From positions 256,001 to 320,000 of the IMG/VR virus record IMGVR_UViG_3300009031_000221: DNA of 64,000 nucleotides; one strand, 5' to 3'. This document shows, one piece after another, positions 62,759-64,000 of the stretch; position 1 is the first letter of the stretch; each line of letters opens with the position of its first letter. Source of the stretch: a virus (taxonomy: Duplodnaviria > Caudoviricetes). The translations under genes were made by a program, and so were the position numbers. The notes below the pieces were generated by a model. It was given only the letters and a program-made list of their open reading frames with translations. It ran no database searches and was not told where the DNA came from.

Positions 62759-62806
62759 GACGCTTGTTCCTTTTTAGCGGGTATGGTTCTAGGCATGGAG
62801 GTGCCT

Positions 62807-63814
62807 ATGTCTGATCTACCCAATATCATCGAATTCGCAGCTAGCGTTCTCGATATTCATCTAACACCCGTTCAATGTGTCATATTGAAAGCACATTACG
62901 GTATCCCGTTGGATACAGAGACCCTGTTTGAGATATGTACGCCCCAACTGGCGACGGGGCAATTTATCGTAAACACCTGGACGGAAGCAAAGTACTTGGA
63001 ATACTTGTACTATGAAGGCAGGTCGAATATCCGAGAGGTAGACCACGAACGGCGGGAACTCGTCTTGGCGAGCGGCAGACGGAGTGGCAAGGGGATGCTT
63101 GGGTGCATCATTGCTGCCTATGAGGCATACAAGTTGGCATGGAAGGGCGATCCGCAGGCCTACTACGGTTTGCCCCCAAGCACCGTCCTACAGATTCTGT
63201 TGGTGGGTACCGACAAGGATCAGGCGGGGCTCATTCTTCATGAGGTCAATGGATTCCTCCGTAGCACTCCCCTGAATGACCATCGTGCGAACAATACGCA
63301 GACCTACATGCGATTCCAGACACGGAAGGACATTGATACCTACGGGTCATGGGTGGATGACTTGACGGCAAAGGCCTCTATCAAGGTGACTGCAACGTCT
63401 AGCAATCACCAAGGGCTTCGTGGAGCCGGCAATATTTGTGTCATTTTAGATGAGTTGGCACATTACAAGGAAGCCGAGAACGTCTACCATGCCATCATGC
63501 CTTCGATCATGCTCTTCTCCAAGAAGGCGGAGGACAAGCGCACACCCGTTGGCTCATGTGAAGGGCGTTTGGTAAGCCTGTCAACCCCGAATGGGAAGCG
63601 TGGCATGTTCCACAAGTTGTTCATGGCGGGATTCAATGAAAAGCGTAGCGACAACATGCTGTGCTTGCAAATCCCGACTTGGGAAGCGAATCCGTCTATT
63701 CCGATGGAATTCTACACGGAAATGTACGAACGTCAGCCCAAGTACTTTGGCGTGGAATACGGGGCACACTTCGTAGACCTGTGTTGCCCTCAGTGCGGGT
63801 GCGAATTGGCCTAG
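62807..63814 (+). CDS. Terminase large subunit-like protein, ATPase domain only
   Basis: LTPVQ..IL, LVLASGRRSGKG (Walker A), VILDELAH (Walker B), LSTP.G..G.F, PTWE.NP, F..EYGA.F, then stop. Confidence 0.8.
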   Translation: MSDLPNIIEFAASVLDIHLTPVQCVILKAHYGIPLDTETLFEICTPQLATGQFIVNTWTEAKYLEYLYYEGRSNIREVDHERRELVLASGRRSGKGMLGCIIAAYEAYKLAWKGDPQAYYGLPPSTVLQILLVGTDKDQAGLILHEVNGFLRSTPLNDHRANNTQTYMRFQTRKDIDTYGSWVDDLTAKASIKVTATSSNHQGLRGAGNICVILDELAHYKEAENVYHAIMPSIMLFSKKAEDKRTPVGSCEGRLVSLSTPNGKRGMFHKLFMAGFNEKRSDNMLCLQIPTWEANPSIPMEFYTEMYERQPKYFGVEYGAHFVDLCCPQCGCELA

Positions 63815-63999
63815 GCCTTATTCGGATTATTCCGAGTGCACCATGCCAGGTATTCATCAAAATTGATTCCCGTAATTTGTTGGATAAGCACGCTAACGTC
63901 TCCCAGATGAGCGTCACCAAGAATCATCATGATCTTGTAGATTTGATCCTTGGTTTCTAGCTGCGGTTGGATTGCGGCGCACCATGCTTTCTTGATCGT
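63811..63999 (-). CDS. 3' end of a convergent hypothetical gene (partial)
   Basis: Open frame TIKKAWCAAI...NNPNKA*; stop shares CTAG with terminase-like stop. Confidence 0.55.
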   Translation of the reverse strand, partial: TIKKAWCAAIQPQLETKDQIYKIMMILGDAHLGDVSVLIQQITGINFDEYLAWCTRNNPNKA

Positions 64000-64000
64000 A

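Noticed and set aside
1-64000. Stop-codon reassignment
   Set aside because: Recognisable genes are full-length in code 11, TAG is used as a real stop (often as overlapping CTAG), and no suppressor tRNA is present in the window.
1-64000. CRISPR array, integrase/att site or IS element
   Set aside because: No regularly spaced repeat-spacer units, recombinase or transposase motifs. The recurring 28-bp motif is dispersed and gene-associated.
63814-64000. Intron- or intein-split terminase continuing downstream
   Set aside because: The sequence after the stop is an open frame on the opposite strand sharing the CTAG stop, with no intein or intron signatures.

Overview
This is a 64-kb segment of a large, probably jumbo-type, tailed dsDNA phage using the standard genetic code. 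Evidence: a tRNA array, rIIA/rIIB-like genes, free-standing HNH and LAGLIDADG nucleases, a terminase-like ORF and dense small ORFs. The left end (1-3.9 kb) is a minus-strand tRNA array of 16 tRNAs, with one tRNA-like RNA carrying an 81-nt D-loop, several pseudoknotted or structured spacers, a boxA-like element and a ~450-nt structured leader. The best candidate for a new system is the co-oriented minus-strand block at 3.9-17.5 kb. It encodes a complete deamidating (Preiss-Handler-type) NAD+ rebuilding route (PncA-like, Prs, PncB, NadD, NadE), plus a macrodomain, an NrtR Nudix-wHTH regulator and tandem NrtR-type GTGT-N7-ACAC palindromes before pncB. A vWA/PP2C/kinase (TerY-P-like) triad is interleaved. 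The enzyme set differs from the described phage NARP1 and NARP2 pathways. An exact bipartite motif, CTTAC-N15-CGTAG, occurs 18 times directly upstream of genes, and the phage encodes an ECF-like sigma factor that could read it. Other notable items: a CoaB-like/CoaD pair, a monomeric mitochondrial-type PheRS, two alarmone-hydrolase-like HD proteins, an ART-like protein, a Nudix-M23 fusion, Tat-signal chimeras carrying fragments of core phage proteins, an ATPase-only terminase, and a compositional switch with repeats near 48.4-51.2 kb. All family assignments come from motif recognition by eye. No database search or folding computation was run.
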